A DNA stretch of 64,000 nucleotides from the IMG/VR virus record IMGVR_UViG_3300029982_000010, positions 157,903-221,902 of that record; one strand, 5' to 3'. A program made the translations under genes and the position numbers. The notes beneath the pieces are model-generated. The model was not told the origin of the DNA, searched no databases, and saw only the letters and a program-made list of their open reading frames with translations. Positions 9,831 to 20,521 of the stretch are shown one piece after another. This DNA is from a virus. The stretch's first letter is position 1. Every line of letters starts with the position of its first letter.

Positions 9831-10049
9831 TCAATAATTTAATTCCTCTTTTTCTATTAAATATTCAATGATATCGTCGTTCAAATATTCAGTAGATTCA
9901 AATGTATCGCCTGCATCTGAATGTTTTTTTCCTAATAAATATGATTTTTTTAGATTTTCTTTATTTGGTACATCACAAAAATCTATTTCATTTTTGAATC
10001 CTAATATATAAAACTCAAGTAATCTATTTTTTAATTTATCTGTTTTCAT
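9831..10049 (-). CDS. hypothetical protein
   Basis: 72-aa ORF. Confidence 0.35.
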   Translation of the reverse strand: MKTDKLKNRLLEFYILGFKNEIDFCDVPNKENLKKSYLLGKKHSDAGDTFESTEYLNDDIIEYLIEKEELNY

Positions 10050-10267
10050 AATTCATTAATTTTTTCAAGTTTTGTTTTTCTTAATTCTTTTTTTTCGTAA
10101 TATAAAAAGGTATATATTAAATATTCTTTAGTATTTGATTGTGTGAATTGTTTAATTTCAGGTTTATCATATTCTATCCAATGATTCAATTCATACTCAA
10201 GTTTAGTAATAGTATCAGCATATGCAAGTCTGGTACCGAAATAGTAATTAAATATTTTAATTTTCAT
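10046..10267 (-). CDS. hypothetical protein with KL-tail-like C-terminus
   Basis: C-term ELRKTKLEKINEL. Confidence 0.35.
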   Translation of the reverse strand: MKIKIFNYYFGTRLAYADTITKLEYELNHWIEYDKPEIKQFTQSNTKEYLIYTFLYYEKKELRKTKLEKINEL

Positions 10268-10270
10268 AAT

Positions 10271-10972
10271 TTATATATTTAAAATGTAACAATATTCTGG
10301 CAAGGAGTCAATATATGTAACAGATGAATTTATATTTGGTATTTCATGATGAACTATTTTATCTGTGTGGGTATGACCGCAAATTTGATGACAATTCTTT
10401 AATGGTTTAGTCCATGATTCAGTTTTATCAGCCCACAATGGACCGCTAACTTTATTATATCCACCACGTACATATCCGCAATCAAGTAAGCATTCTAACT
10501 CAAATTCAAATGCTAAATTTAATTTATCTGATATAGTACCTTCAAAATCAGAAACTTTTTTAAATTCTATTAAAAAATGGTCATACCATCCACGATGAAT
10601 TCCTGCATGGGTCCAAATATAATTTTCGTATTGATAAGATAATTGAAATAATTTTAAATTATTATGAAATATTTCATATAAATCAAAATGCATTTCTGCT
10701 CTATATCCAGAGCAATGTCCTAAAATATTCATACTAGGTGGTCGTATAGCATATTGATAATCATGATTACCTAATAATAAAATAACTTTATCTGGATATT
10801 TTTTCTTAAATTCAATGATATCTAATAAATTATTTAATATTGTAATATTACTTAGATGATATTCATCAACATAATCTCCTACAAATATTATTTTATCATA
10901 TTGAGAAATATCATCTACAAATTTTTTCCATGAATCAAATCCGTGAATATCCCCTATGTTTAAAATTTTCAT
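10271..10972 (-). CDS. Ser/Thr protein phosphatase-family metallophosphoesterase (lambda-PPase/ApaH-like)
   Basis: 233 aa; GDIHG, GDYVD, GNHD, GH motifs in order. Confidence 0.8.
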   Translation of the reverse strand: MKILNIGDIHGFDSWKKFVDDISQYDKIIFVGDYVDEYHLSNITILNNLLDIIEFKKKYPDKVILLLGNHDYQYAIRPPSMNILGHCSGYRAEMHFDLYEIFHNNLKLFQLSYQYENYIWTHAGIHRGWYDHFLIEFKKVSDFEGTISDKLNLAFEFELECLLDCGYVRGGYNKVSGPLWADKTESWTKPLKNCHQICGHTHTDKIVHHEIPNINSSVTYIDSLPEYCYILNI

Positions 10973-11144
10973 TTTTTTAAAAAATTAGAATAATTTCTAT
11001 TCGTTATGTTACATGCTATAATATTGGCATCTTCATCTATATCAAATTCACCAATTTCAATTGTATTAACAACTGTTTCTATATTCTGATTATCTTCAAC
11101 ATCAATAATCATTTTAACATTAAATTCGACTTCTATTCTTTTCA

Positions 11145-11447
11145 TTATATTAATATAAAATGATCATTTAAATAATCTTCAGAATATGCACCTAATGATG
11201 TTTCAATTTCATTTACATCAAATATAATATAATCATTCATTTTAACTGATTCACTCATTGTACCATATTCTCCATTATGAGTTATTATTAAAATTTTATC
11301 GTCATTATCAACATCTTTACTTGCATTTAAAGTATCTTGATGTTCTTTATTAAATGATTTTACTGCATTATTAATTTCATCAATAATTGAAAAATCACCA
11401 GTCCAATGAAACACTAAAATATCTTCTAATCTTCTATATCTTTTCAT
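11145..11447 (-). CDS. hypothetical protein
   Basis: 100-aa ORF. Confidence 0.4.
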   Translation of the reverse strand: MKRYRRLEDILVFHWTGDFSIIDEINNAVKSFNKEHQDTLNASKDVDNDDKILIITHNGEYGTMSESVKMNDYIIFDVNEIETSLGAYSEDYLNDHFILI

Positions 11448-11449
11448 AT

Positions 11450-11689
11450 TTAAATTGTTATTTCTTTTATTATCACTTTAGTATTACTATTCATAGTATT
11501 CATTCGTTCAGAAAATGATATATCATGCTCCATGGAATGCTCTAAATGATTAATATTTCTATGTCCAGTATCTTCTAAATCTACTTCAAATCCAAATTCT
11601 TTAAGAGCTTTTACTATTGCTAGTGTAACAGCGGATTTGCCGATTGCAGTTGCTCCCTCCACTTTGACTGTAATATTATTTTTATTCAT
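11450..11689 (-). CDS. small P-loop (Walker A) protein
   Basis: GATAIGKS matches GxxxxGK[ST]; too short (79 aa) for a full kinase. Confidence 0.4.
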   Translation of the reverse strand: MNKNNITVKVEGATAIGKSAVTLAIVKALKEFGFEVDLEDTGHRNINHLEHSMEHDISFSERMNTMNSNTKVIIKEITI

Positions 11690-12063
11690 TTTTATTCATT
11701 TAATTAATTAATTTTTCTTGATTTTTCATCTACATATATAAATATTCCTAAATATATAAAAAATGCTATTATTGATAATCCAATATGTAATTTATCATTT
11801 GGCTGATAATATATTAAATAACAAAATAAACCAGTTAGAGACATTAGCATAAACAACATAAAATATAATAGTATTCTCATTATTTTTTAATTTTTCTTTA
11901 TTTTTTATTTTTATATAAAAAAAAAGTTAAATATGATAAAAATAATACTGATATAACTATAGTTTGAAATTTGAGATCAAATGGATAAGATATTAGATAC
12001 CCTAAAATACCACATAATATTATCAGAATAAATACATTAATATATTCTAATTTTTTCATATTT

Positions 12064-12552
12064 TTAATTATTTATATAATTTAATTTGAATTCATATTCA
12101 GGTTTATATTCAGGTATATTTTCATTAAATATAGGAAACTCAATATTAAATTTAGTACTATCTGATTTCAATAATTCACATCCTATTATAAAATAAGATT
12201 CATTTTCACTAATAGTATCATTACTATTTATTGTACTATCAGAGTTGCTTTGAACATATAAAATATAATCATTTTTAATTCCTATAATTTTTTTCTTAAT
12301 TTGAATTGTATCTTCAAATGGATTATCTTTATTAAGAATATAAATCCAAGTTTGCCCAACTTCAATATTTGGGTCAACAGGATTCATTACATTTAAATAA
12401 TAATTCAATTCTGTATTTTGACCAATTTTAGTTCCAAATTGGAATGCCATAAATGCTAAAAATGCTACACCAATAACAATTAATGCATGTTTAAATGATG
12501 ATAATGATCTATTTTGTTTATATTCATAATAATCTTCTTTTTTTATTTTCAT
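12064..12552 (-). CDS. membrane-anchored protein
   Basis: single N-proximal TM ALIVIGVAFLAFMAF. Confidence 0.4.
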   Translation of the reverse strand: MKIKKEDYYEYKQNRSLSSFKHALIVIGVAFLAFMAFQFGTKIGQNTELNYYLNVMNPVDPNIEVGQTWIYILNKDNPFEDTIQIKKKIIGIKNDYILYVQSNSDSTINSNDTISENESYFIIGCELLKSDSTKFNIEFPIFNENIPEYKPEYEFKLNYINN

Positions 12553-12582
12553 TTTAATTTATTTTTTTTATTTGATAAAATA

Positions 12583-12873
12583 TTAAAATCTAATATTTGA
12601 TAATCCATATTTTTCAAGTAAATTATAAAAACCTATCCATGTAAGGAAATATTCATCTTTATCTTTACATGATTCATAACAAACACATATTTCTTTATCA
12701 CTATCTAATATTGGCTTAGTAATACGAATACATGGTTTGGAACTACTATATGTCATAACAAAAATTTCAGTTGGAGACTTTTCAATCATAAGTTTTTTTA
12801 TCTCATGATATGTTAAATCAATTTCGATCTCTCTTGTAACTAACTCAGTTCTTACTAATCTATTATCTTTCAT
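12583..12873 (-). CDS. hypothetical protein
   Basis: 96-aa ORF. Confidence 0.4.
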   Translation of the reverse strand: MKDNRLVRTELVTREIEIDLTYHEIKKLMIEKSPTEIFVMTYSSSKPCIRITKPILDSDKEICVCYESCKDKDEYFLTWIGFYNLLEKYGLSNIRF

Positions 12874-12917
12874 TTTTAATTATATCTTTATATATAAAAT
12901 ATTATTTATTTTTTAAT

Positions 12918-13166
12918 TCATATTGGTAAAGAATACGGTGAGTATGTATAAATATTTACATCAATATCTATTATACCACCATGTTTAGTTTCAAAATAAT
13001 TAAATATTGACATCTCAGCTTCAAAGAATGAATCATATTGATATTTAAAATTATTGTAAATAATATTTGCTGGAGTCCAACCAATAAAATTCTTTTTATA
13101 TACAACAAAATTAGTAATATTATTTTGATATGTGTGAACTTGTTTAATTATTTTAAATTTTTCCAT
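12918..13166 (-). CDS. hypothetical protein
   Basis: 82-aa ORF. Confidence 0.35.
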   Translation of the reverse strand: MEKFKIIKQVHTYQNNITNFVVYKKNFIGWTPANIIYNNFKYQYDSFFEAEMSIFNYFETKHGGIIDIDVNIYTYSPYSLPI

Positions 13167-13428
13167 TTTTATTTATTTCTTCTAATTTTTCTTTTCTTAA
13201 ATTCATTGGATCAATAGTACATAATTTATCTAATTCTAATAAAACTTTATCTCTTTCTTCTTCTGTATCAAATTCGACTTCTAATTCTGTAATACCATCT
13301 GGTACGTCACGTTCAATTACAATAAACCAACGATCATTTTCTTCAACTGTAGTAGGATAATATGCAAATATACTATCAATTTTTAATCTATAATCACCTA
13401 TTTTAATTTTATCTCGTTCTATTATCAT
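13153..13428 (-). CDS. hypothetical protein (paralog of 13409..13669) with KL-tail
   Basis: KIGDYRLKIDSIFAYY vs KIGYMRINIDTILCYY; C-term NLRKEKLEEI. Confidence 0.4.
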   Translation of the reverse strand: MIIERDKIKIGDYRLKIDSIFAYYPTTVEENDRWFIVIERDVPDGITELEVEFDTEEERDKVLLELDKLCTIDPMNLRKEKLEEINKNGKI

Positions 13429-13669
13429 TTAGTTCTTCTATTTTTAATTTTCTTATATAATTATGAGCATTTAAAACTAATAATGAATCTAATTCAGCTA
13501 ATGATTTTTCACATTCTATATTATTATCAAAATCTATTTCAATATCATTTATATCATCTAGTGATCTTTGAATTATAATAGTTTTATCACCTCTACCAAT
13601 ATAATAGCATAAAATAGTATCTATATTAATTCTCATATATCCTATTTTAATTATATTTCTATTTACCAT
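13409..13669 (-). CDS. hypothetical protein (paralog of 13153..13428) with KL-tail
   Basis: C-term YIRKLKIEEL. Confidence 0.4.
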   Translation of the reverse strand: MVNRNIIKIGYMRINIDTILCYYIGRGDKTIIIQRSLDDINDIEIDFDNNIECEKSLAELDSLLVLNAHNYIRKLKIEELNDNRTR

Positions 13670-14001
13670 AAATCTTCAGATGTTAATACACTACCTATTA
13701 AATCTTGTTTTAACTGATCATTTGATTTAACTAATTCTAAAGCTTCTTCTCTATTAAGAAATCTATTTTTTGTAGTTAAAAATCCTTCAACAGTCAACAT
13801 TCCATATTTTTCAGCAGGATAAATTTTATTTGTTTGCTCATATATGCAAGGATGCCGTACGCTATTATAGCAAATTCCTTTATCTATATTATATGGCTTA
13901 TAAAGATAATCTATTCCATCATCTATCCAATTAGAAGCGCACATAACATATTCTATTTTACCATTATTAAGGTGTTCTTTTAATCTTTTTTTATCAATCA
14001 T
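13663..14001 (-). CDS. hypothetical protein
   Basis: 112-aa ORF. Confidence 0.4.
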   Translation of the reverse strand: MIDKKRLKEHLNNGKIEYVMCASNWIDDGIDYLYKPYNIDKGICYNSVRHPCIYEQTNKIYPAEKYGMLTVEGFLTTKNRFLNREEALELVKSNDQLKQDLIGSVLTSEDLW

Positions 14002-14002
14002 T

Positions 14003-14302
14003 TTAATTATAATTAGGATATATTATTGATTCAAAATAATCAGTTAATTTTTCTTTTATATTTTCAATAGCTTCATCTAATGTAATAACGCTAAATAAAG
14101 TATTTGAAAAATATTTTTTAAAATGCTCATCATATTGTTCATCAGACATATCTTTAAAAAAATGAGTTAACTCACGATTTTTAATATAACAATCTTTAAT
14201 ATTTATATCACAAAGTTCAATTGCTTTATTTTTATCTGAAAATACTTCAACTATTTCAGACATACACATATCATATAATACCCAAGTTTCATTTAATTTC
14301 AT
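14003..14302 (-). CDS. hypothetical protein
   Basis: 99-aa ORF. Confidence 0.4.
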   Translation of the reverse strand: MKLNETWVLYDMCMSEIVEVFSDKNKAIELCDINIKDCYIKNRELTHFFKDMSDEQYDEHFKKYFSNTLFSVITLDEAIENIKEKLTDYFESIIYPNYN

Positions 14303-14306
14303 AATA

Positions 14307-15434
14307 TTATTTTAACCAATAATTACTTTTTTTAATTCCTTTAACATTCATCATTTCTAAAAATTCATTTGGAAATTCTGTACCCCATGCAAATGCAACA
14401 TCACAATGAGAATCTTCAGAAAAATTAGTTATACTATAAGATGTAGAAAATAATAAAGGATCTTCTCTTCTTGCTAATGCTTGTTGGACTTCAAGGTTTA
14501 ATGTTTTAATTTGTTCAGCTTGCTGAATAGCTAGTTGTTGCTGACGAATTTGTTCTTTTGATATTTTTTCAAGTTCTGACTGAATTCTACAAATATTTTG
14601 TTCTATTCCTTTTACTTGCTCTTTTAAAACTTTTGTTGAATTTTCAAGTGCATCTACTCTATTACCAAGATTTACCATAGTTTCATACATACTTCTGAAT
14701 AATGGTAAATTCATACCAACATTCATACTAACCATTGATAATGAACTAGGAAAATAAACATCATAGTATTTTTGAGATTTTACATGTTTTTCAAAATCAT
14801 AAAATCCAATTGGACATAAAATGTAAAAATATCTTTCTGAATTTGCAAATTTATAATTGTTAATTGCAGATTCAATATCTACAGATTTTCTTTTTGGATC
14901 ACAAGTTAAAATTGAATTTTTTGCTAATTCTAATGGAATTATCATAAATCCAAATGTTTCTGCTATTTCTACGATAGAACTAAGTTTTGAATTTAATCTT
15001 GAATTTAGATATTTATTATAATTTTCATCTGTTTTAATTAAAATTTGATTATATTTTTCACTTGATGATCCATTATATCTACAACCAGATTTAATTTCTT
15101 CAACTTCTAAATCATATTTAATTAAATTATCTGGTACTTTAATATTAAAGTTTTTTAATTCTCTTAATATACTATTATAATTATTTACTTTATCCGTGAT
15201 TTCATATCCTAAATGTTTGAAAATTTCTTGTTTAGTAGAAAAATTAGTTTTAGAATTATCAGAATAATAGTGACTATGGGTATCAATAATTTTAACTTTT
15301 TCTAATACTCTCAATGTTAATATAAAATCCTTTATGTCAGATTCTATTACATTAAGTTTATTTAATAATCCAAGTTTATCAACTTTTTTTGTTGATGATA
15401 CTGTTGTTGTTGGTGTTACATTTAATAAATTCAT
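14307..15434 (-). CDS. coiled-coil protein
   Basis: 375 aa; C-terminal Q/E/L-rich heptad region QQQLAIQQAEQIKTLNLEVQQALARRE. Confidence 0.5.
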   Translation of the reverse strand: MNLLNVTPTTTVSSTKKVDKLGLLNKLNVIESDIKDFILTLRVLEKVKIIDTHSHYYSDNSKTNFSTKQEIFKHLGYEITDKVNNYNSILRELKNFNIKVPDNLIKYDLEVEEIKSGCRYNGSSSEKYNQILIKTDENYNKYLNSRLNSKLSSIVEIAETFGFMIIPLELAKNSILTCDPKRKSVDIESAINNYKFANSERYFYILCPIGFYDFEKHVKSQKYYDVYFPSSLSMVSMNVGMNLPLFRSMYETMVNLGNRVDALENSTKVLKEQVKGIEQNICRIQSELEKISKEQIRQQQLAIQQAEQIKTLNLEVQQALARREDPLLFSTSYSITNFSEDSHCDVAFAWGTEFPNEFLEMMNVKGIKKSNYWLK

Positions 15435-15532
15435 ATTATTATTATTTTAATTAAACATGAAAACAATTTTTTATTGATTTCAAATACAAAGATAATAAAA
15501 AAATTCAAATACACAAATTATTCTCAACTATT

Positions 15533-15811
15533 TTAAATATTAATTTTATTACAATAATGATAATATTTTGATAATTGTTTTAACTTATCTTTTCTAATAT
15601 CAATTTTAGCATTATATTCTATTGCATTTTTATATTTATTTTCATATTCATTTAATGATTTCATAATATTAACATAATTATTACAATCATTAACCGATTT
15701 TATATGTACTGTTTTAATATTATTTTCAATTGTAATATGCTCCTTTTCAAATTCAGTTAACTTATTTTTATAATAGTTAATCTCGGATAATATAATATTT
15801 ACTTTAATCAT
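15533..15811 (-). CDS. hypothetical protein with KL-tail-like motif
   Basis: IDIRKDKLKQLSKYY near C-term. Confidence 0.35.
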   Translation of the reverse strand: MIKVNIILSEINYYKNKLTEFEKEHITIENNIKTVHIKSVNDCNNYVNIMKSLNEYENKYKNAIEYNAKIDIRKDKLKQLSKYYHYCNKINI

Positions 15812-15843
15812 AACTTTTTTATTTTTATACCATATAATATAGA

Positions 15844-16332
15844 ATGGAAATATTAGATATTAAATTTAGAACTGATGGTTTAGAAAAAAAACTATCAAAT
15901 TTATATCCTTATCAATTCGAGATTGACGGTATATCTGTGGCTTCATATGAAGGCTTTGTACAGTCTTTAAGGACTCCAGATATACAAATTAAAGAGAATA
16001 TATGGAAACTATCAGGGTTTGAAGCATGGAAAGCTGGTCAATATTTAAATTGGGTAGATAAGCAAAAATTATATTGGATATCTACTCCAATTGATAGACA
16101 ATCCGAAGAATATGATAATTTAATAACAAGATCTTATGATTGCTTATTTGAAAAAAATGAATATTTTAGAAATAGTTTAAAAGAATCAATACCTTATAAA
16201 TTAGAACATTCTATTGGAAAATCTGGAAAAACTAATACATTAATAACAAAAAGTGAATTCTTAATTCAATTAAATAGATTAAGGTCCAAATTCACAGAAA
16301 GAACATATTTTAATTTACTTGATTTGTTCTGA
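15844..16332 (+). CDS. NADAR/YbiA-like (DUF1768) protein
   Basis: 162 aa; LSNLYPYQFEIDGISVASYEGFVQSLRT resembles the NADAR core FxSNFYPxPFxxDGxxYxxxEHYFQAxK; only + strand gene in this region. Confidence 0.45.
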   Translation: MEILDIKFRTDGLEKKLSNLYPYQFEIDGISVASYEGFVQSLRTPDIQIKENIWKLSGFEAWKAGQYLNWVDKQKLYWISTPIDRQSEEYDNLITRSYDCLFEKNEYFRNSLKESIPYKLEHSIGKSGKTNTLITKSEFLIQLNRLRSKFTERTYFNLLDLF

Positions 16333-16862
16333 TTTATAAAAATTTCTAAATCTTTTAAATTTTCATAAGAAATAACCTTTAAATTCTTGTCGTAATAAAC
16401 TGCGGTATAATCCATAATTTATTTTTTAGAATTTAAGTTTTTATTTGATATTGGTGGTTTAAATCCACCAATTCCACTATTTCTGTTTTTACCAAAAATA
16501 GTAGATATTGCTAAAAATATAAAAAATATCGCAAGCGGAATGCATATGCATAATATTGTTATATCATCCATGATTTAATTATTTAAATTTAATTGTTTGT
16601 AATTTTTATTCATTAATCCATAATAAATTAAATAATCAATAAGTCAATAAATATTTAAATCATGACTATCAATATATTCATCATATTCCAAATTTTCTTT
16701 ATCATTATTCATAATTCTATAATAAGGATTATCTACATTAGTAACTATAATAACATCGCATTTTTTATTGTGATAATTATAAAATTATAAATATTTCTAT
16801 AATTTTATATATTTTTTACAACTCTGTAAATAATTTCTTTATTTTGTTCCATAATATATTAT

Positions 16863-17150
16863 TTATCTAATTGTATCTCCAATATCTTTTGTTTTTGCTA
16901 TAATATCAATTAATTCTGATTGTGAATCATATTCTTTAATTATATTATTGGCATCTTTAACTACAATAGAATATATAGTATCACTAGAATAAAATTTAGA
17001 TCTAATATTAGTAATTACTACTGGAGATTTCAACTGATTAATGGAATATTCTACATATTGATCATAATTATCAAACTCTTGTCCATCATAATGTATTTTA
17101 TTATTACAGCTAAATAATAAAATGCAACTAAATAATATTAATTTTTTCAT
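16863..17150 (-). CDS. secreted/lipoprotein-like protein
   Basis: MKKLILFSCILLFSCNN: signal peptide with lipobox-like LFSC. Confidence 0.4.
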   Translation of the reverse strand: MKKLILFSCILLFSCNNKIHYDGQEFDNYDQYVEYSINQLKSPVVITNIRSKFYSSDTIYSIVVKDANNIIKEYDSQSELIDIIAKTKDIGDTIR

Positions 17151-17175
17151 ATTTATAATTTTTTAATTTAATTTA

Positions 17176-17622
17176 TTATAATGTTATTGGTATTAATTTT
17201 TCTGGAATATATTTTTCTGGAATATTTATAATATAATATAGGAAGTTATAGTTAGAAAATGGATCTGGACATTCTCCTATAGAAAGTAAAGAGTTAATAT
17301 TTAATTCGTAATTACTATAATAAACAAATTGTAATGTTGGAGTAATTATATTGTTATTGATCTTTATTCTAACGCTCTTCATTGGCAACTCAATTAATCT
17401 ATACATACCATCTACGTTTCCTAAACATCTAACCATCAATTCGGTTTTTTCTTTAGAGTTATAAATCCCATAAACCAATAAAAAACTACCACTTGCTGAT
17501 TTATTTGATACTTCAGTTTTAACCATTTGTCTTAAAACAACTGGTTTTGTCACATATGTTTTATATTTTTGACAAGACAAAAATAATACACTAAACAATG
17601 CACATAAAAATAATTTTTTCAT
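17176..17622 (-). CDS. secreted/lipoprotein-like protein
   Basis: MKKLFLCALFSVLFLSCQK: signal peptide with FLSC. Confidence 0.4.
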   Translation of the reverse strand: MKKLFLCALFSVLFLSCQKYKTYVTKPVVLRQMVKTEVSNKSASGSFLLVYGIYNSKEKTELMVRCLGNVDGMYRLIELPMKSVRIKINNNIITPTLQFVYYSNYELNINSLLSIGECPDPFSNYNFLYYIINIPEKYIPEKLIPITL

Positions 17623-18086
17623 ATATTTATTTCTTTAATGTAATTTTTCCATTTATATTCAATAGTTCTCCAATTTTTCCTTTCATAACTATCATCTGAA
17701 TATTCATAATATTTCTTACTATTAACATATTCTTCATAATCATTTACAATTCCTACCTTTCCTTCTACTACTGTTTTTCTTTTATATTCTTTTCTTTCAA
17801 AAATATAATCAGGTTTTATTTTTTCGATTTTTTCGATTTTTTTATTAACTGTATAAGTTTTTTCAATAATCTCATTGCCTACAATAGTATATTCTGTATT
17901 AAATTTATTAAGATATGATAAGTGAGGATTAGAAAATAACACAACATATATCATTAACTGTGTGTGCGTTTCATCATCTAATTTATCACAATTAATAATT
18001 TCTATTTCTTTCATCAAACTAAATGCTTGAATTCTTTTTATTTGTTTTTGTTCTTCATCAGAATAACTATAAAACTCTTTTTTCAT
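17619..18086 (-). CDS. hypothetical protein
   Basis: 155-aa ORF. Confidence 0.4.
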   Translation of the reverse strand: MKKEFYSYSDEEQKQIKRIQAFSLMKEIEIINCDKLDDETHTQLMIYVVLFSNPHLSYLNKFNTEYTIVGNEIIEKTYTVNKKIEKIEKIKPDYIFERKEYKRKTVVEGKVGIVNDYEEYVNSKKYYEYSDDSYERKNWRTIEYKWKNYIKEINI

Positions 18087-18102
18087 ATATTTATTTAATT
18101 AA

Positions 18103-18519
18103 TTAAAACCAAGATCTATGTGTTTCTTCTATTGATTCATGTCCATCATCTTCTTCTCTAATATACCATTCAACATCATCTGGAATTTCAACAATTTTTA
18201 TTTCGTCAGGTTTTATTTCTTCCACTGCTTTAACTAAATTTACATCATCTCTTAAAATTTCCATTTGATCAAAATAATTTTCTTTATCAAAAATGTTATT
18301 TTCATTTGTTAATTCTTTTCCTAAATCATTAAATGAAGTATAAAAATAATCATCAGCATCTTCAATTTTTTTATATTTAGTGATATTTAAATAACTATAA
18401 TCTCTGATATAAAAATATGGTTTACCCAAATTTGAAAGTTCGAAATATCTACGTATAACTTTTGTTGATAATGAAAAAGTACAACCATTATTACTATTTA
18501 CTATTACTATTTTTTGCAT
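18103..18519 (-). CDS. hypothetical protein
   Basis: 138-aa ORF. Confidence 0.4.
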   Translation of the reverse strand: MQKIVIVNSNNGCTFSLSTKVIRRYFELSNLGKPYFYIRDYSYLNITKYKKIEDADDYFYTSFNDLGKELTNENNIFDKENYFDQMEILRDDVNLVKAVEEIKPDEIKIVEIPDDVEWYIREEDDGHESIEETHRSWF

Positions 18520-18524
18520 ATTTT

Positions 18525-18869
18525 TTATAATTTTTCTAATTTTTTTAATTTTTCTTTTCTAATAACGCTAACAAGTATTTTTTTACCAAAATCAGATAAT
18601 ATATATTTATCAGTATATTCTGAAAAATATTTATCAACTAATGAATATTTTATTAACTCTGGTATTAAATAAAGTGTACCGTCACAATTTCTTATTTTAA
18701 ATTCTTCAACAAGATTCAAATATAATGAATTGCCTATAAAATCAGAGATAGATTGATATTGTGGATCTTTATATTCAGCACTACCATTCTCATAAATATA
18801 AATTAATAATTTATGAGCATCATGACTAATATTATTAATAATATTTCTGCTATTTATTATATTTTGCAT
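18525..18869 (-). CDS. hypothetical protein (paralog of 19196..19405) with KL-tail
   Basis: shared AEYKD...RNCDGTLYLI block; C-term VIRKEKLKKLEKL. Confidence 0.4.
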   Translation of the reverse strand: MQNIINSRNIINNISHDAHKLLIYIYENGSAEYKDPQYQSISDFIGNSLYLNLVEEFKIRNCDGTLYLIPELIKYSLVDKYFSEYTDKYILSDFGKKILVSVIRKEKLKKLEKL

Positions 18870-19078
18870 ATTTTTTTCAATTTTTCTATTCTTTGATATT
18901 TTATATCTAATTTAAATTTTTCTTCTTCTATATAAAAACCAGGCGGATACTGTAATATTACATAATATTTTTTTCTATTTTTCACATATCCAGTACGTTC
19001 AATAATATAAGAATTATTTATTACAATTAAATTATCATATGTTTCTAATGCAATTACTACATCACCATGTTTAAACAT
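18857..19078 (-). CDS. Fam-A small protein (divergent)
   Basis: MFKHGDVVIAL..., C-term YQRIEKLKKI. Confidence 0.45.
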   Translation of the reverse strand: MFKHGDVVIALETYDNLIVINNSYIIERTGYVKNRKKYYVILQYPPGFYIEEEKFKLDIKYQRIEKLKKICKI

Positions 19079-19195
19079 TTTTTTATATTTTATTTAAATT
19101 TTCTAATTTAATTCTTCTACAATTATTTTCTAACATTTTTTTACCTATTTCAGTTAATATAAATGTAGGATGCCATGCAAAATTATTACTACAAA

Positions 19196-19405
19196 CTAAA
19201 TTATGTATCTCAAGTCGATTAAATAATAAGTTCCATTACAATTTCTATGTTTAAATTGTTCAACTGTAATAAATTCATTATTAGATTTTATAAATTTATC
19301 TATATTTTCAAATTCATAATCACGATATTCTGCTTGTTTATGCTCTTTAATGTACATCAATAAATTAAATGCTTCATCACTAATTTTAAATTTAAATTCT
19401 ACCAT
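19196..19405 (-). CDS. hypothetical protein (paralog of N-terminal part of 18525..18869)
   Basis: AEYRD...RNCNGTYYLI. Confidence 0.35.
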   Translation of the reverse strand: MVEFKFKISDEAFNLLMYIKEHKQAEYRDYEFENIDKFIKSNNEFITVEQFKHRNCNGTYYLIDLRYII

Positions 19406-19498
19406 TGTAATTCACTAATATTAAATGTATTATAAAAAAGATGCAAGATCATGATATATAATATAAATATATAATATCTTCCCGTAATTTGTTGATTA

Positions 19499-20521
19499 TC
19501 AATTAATTAAATATTCATTGTTAATGACCTTAAAACTTATTGATGAATCAATTGATTTAAATACACTTCCCTCCCTTTTTGATGAATTTGTTAATACAGA
19601 TTTGCCTTCAACATGTTTTAATATTTCATCAATAGTGCCAGGTAATTTATAATAACTACAAATTAAAGGAACCGTGTCAGCATTTAATACATTAGTTACA
19701 ATATCAACGAATGTATTATAATCTTCCAATTTATATTCATCTATATTAAAAACTCTAAAATATTTTATTGTTTTATGGCTTAATTTATAGTTATTGCCTT
19801 CTATTCCTGAACCAATTAATTCACCTTGAACAGCAATATTTTTACCATATATTCTTAATTTCTCTTCAATATTATTTTCAATTGCAAATTTCCAAAATAA
19901 ATTATTTGGATTTCTTTTAAATTCCCAGTTTCTACCACACACGCCAAATACTCCATTATGTAAATACATAGTGGTAGATTGACCATCAAGTTTCTCTGTT
20001 TCATAGAATATTACATTATCTTTTTTCCATTCATCGAAATCATCAGATAAATTTTGTGCGCGTTCTTCATTTGTCTTCAATATGAATGAAGGAATAGGAC
20101 CAACAACATCAGCTTTAAGTTCATCAGGTATTGGAACTTCAAATTTTACAACATTTAGATAATCAGATACATCATCACCTTCTGTCAATTTAAATATATG
20201 ACAAGGTGTATCATTTAAAATATCTAATGACATTATTAGTCCACATGAAAATTGTTTGCGTAATTTGACCGTTCTCAAGAGGAAACCTTCTTGTTCATCA
20301 GTTTTTCTATATGAACTATTTCTAAGAAATTCAAATTCTTCTCTAATAGGTAATAGTGAATCAATTTCAAAATAAACAACTTTGTCACCTACTTTAAATT
20401 CGTCTTTTTTAACTACTACTTTCCAACCTTTTATGCGTGCAACCTCTATTCTATCTGCTCCTTTAATTGGTAATATGTCTTTAATTACCTGAATTGTTGC
20501 TAATTTTCTATCTATATTCAT
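19499..20521 (-). CDS. ATP-dependent RNA ligase (Rnl family)
   Basis: 340 aa; KxDG motif I ETEKLDGQS, EGSVFK (motif IV), K-x-I tail; N-terminal ATIQVIKDILPIKGADRIEVARIKGWKVVV OB-like lead. Confidence 0.7.
   Translation of the reverse strand: MNIDRKLATIQVIKDILPIKGADRIEVARIKGWKVVVKKDEFKVGDKVVYFEIDSLLPIREEFEFLRNSSYRKTDEQEGFLLRTVKLRKQFSCGLIMSLDILNDTPCHIFKLTEGDDVSDYLNVVKFEVPIPDELKADVVGPIPSFILKTNEERAQNLSDDFDEWKKDNVIFYETEKLDGQSTTMYLHNGVFGVCGRNWEFKRNPNNLFWKFAIENNIEEKLRIYGKNIAVQGELIGSGIEGNNYKLSHKTIKYFRVFNIDEYKLEDYNTFVDIVTNVLNADTVPLICSYYKLPGTIDEILKHVEGKSVLTNSSKREGSVFKSIDSSISFKVINNEYLIN

Noticed and set aside
11145-11689. Split polynucleotide-kinase-like gene (P-loop ORF plus downstream ORF)
   Set aside because: The two ORFs are in different frames with no simple in-frame stop. 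Only a Walker A motif is visible, which is insufficient for a kinase call.
16863-17622. Definitive bacterial lipoproteins implying a bacterial host
   Set aside because: LFSC/FLSC after a hydrophobic leader is suggestive, but position -2 is non-canonical. A generic signal peptide explains them equally well. Kept only as a weak host clue.
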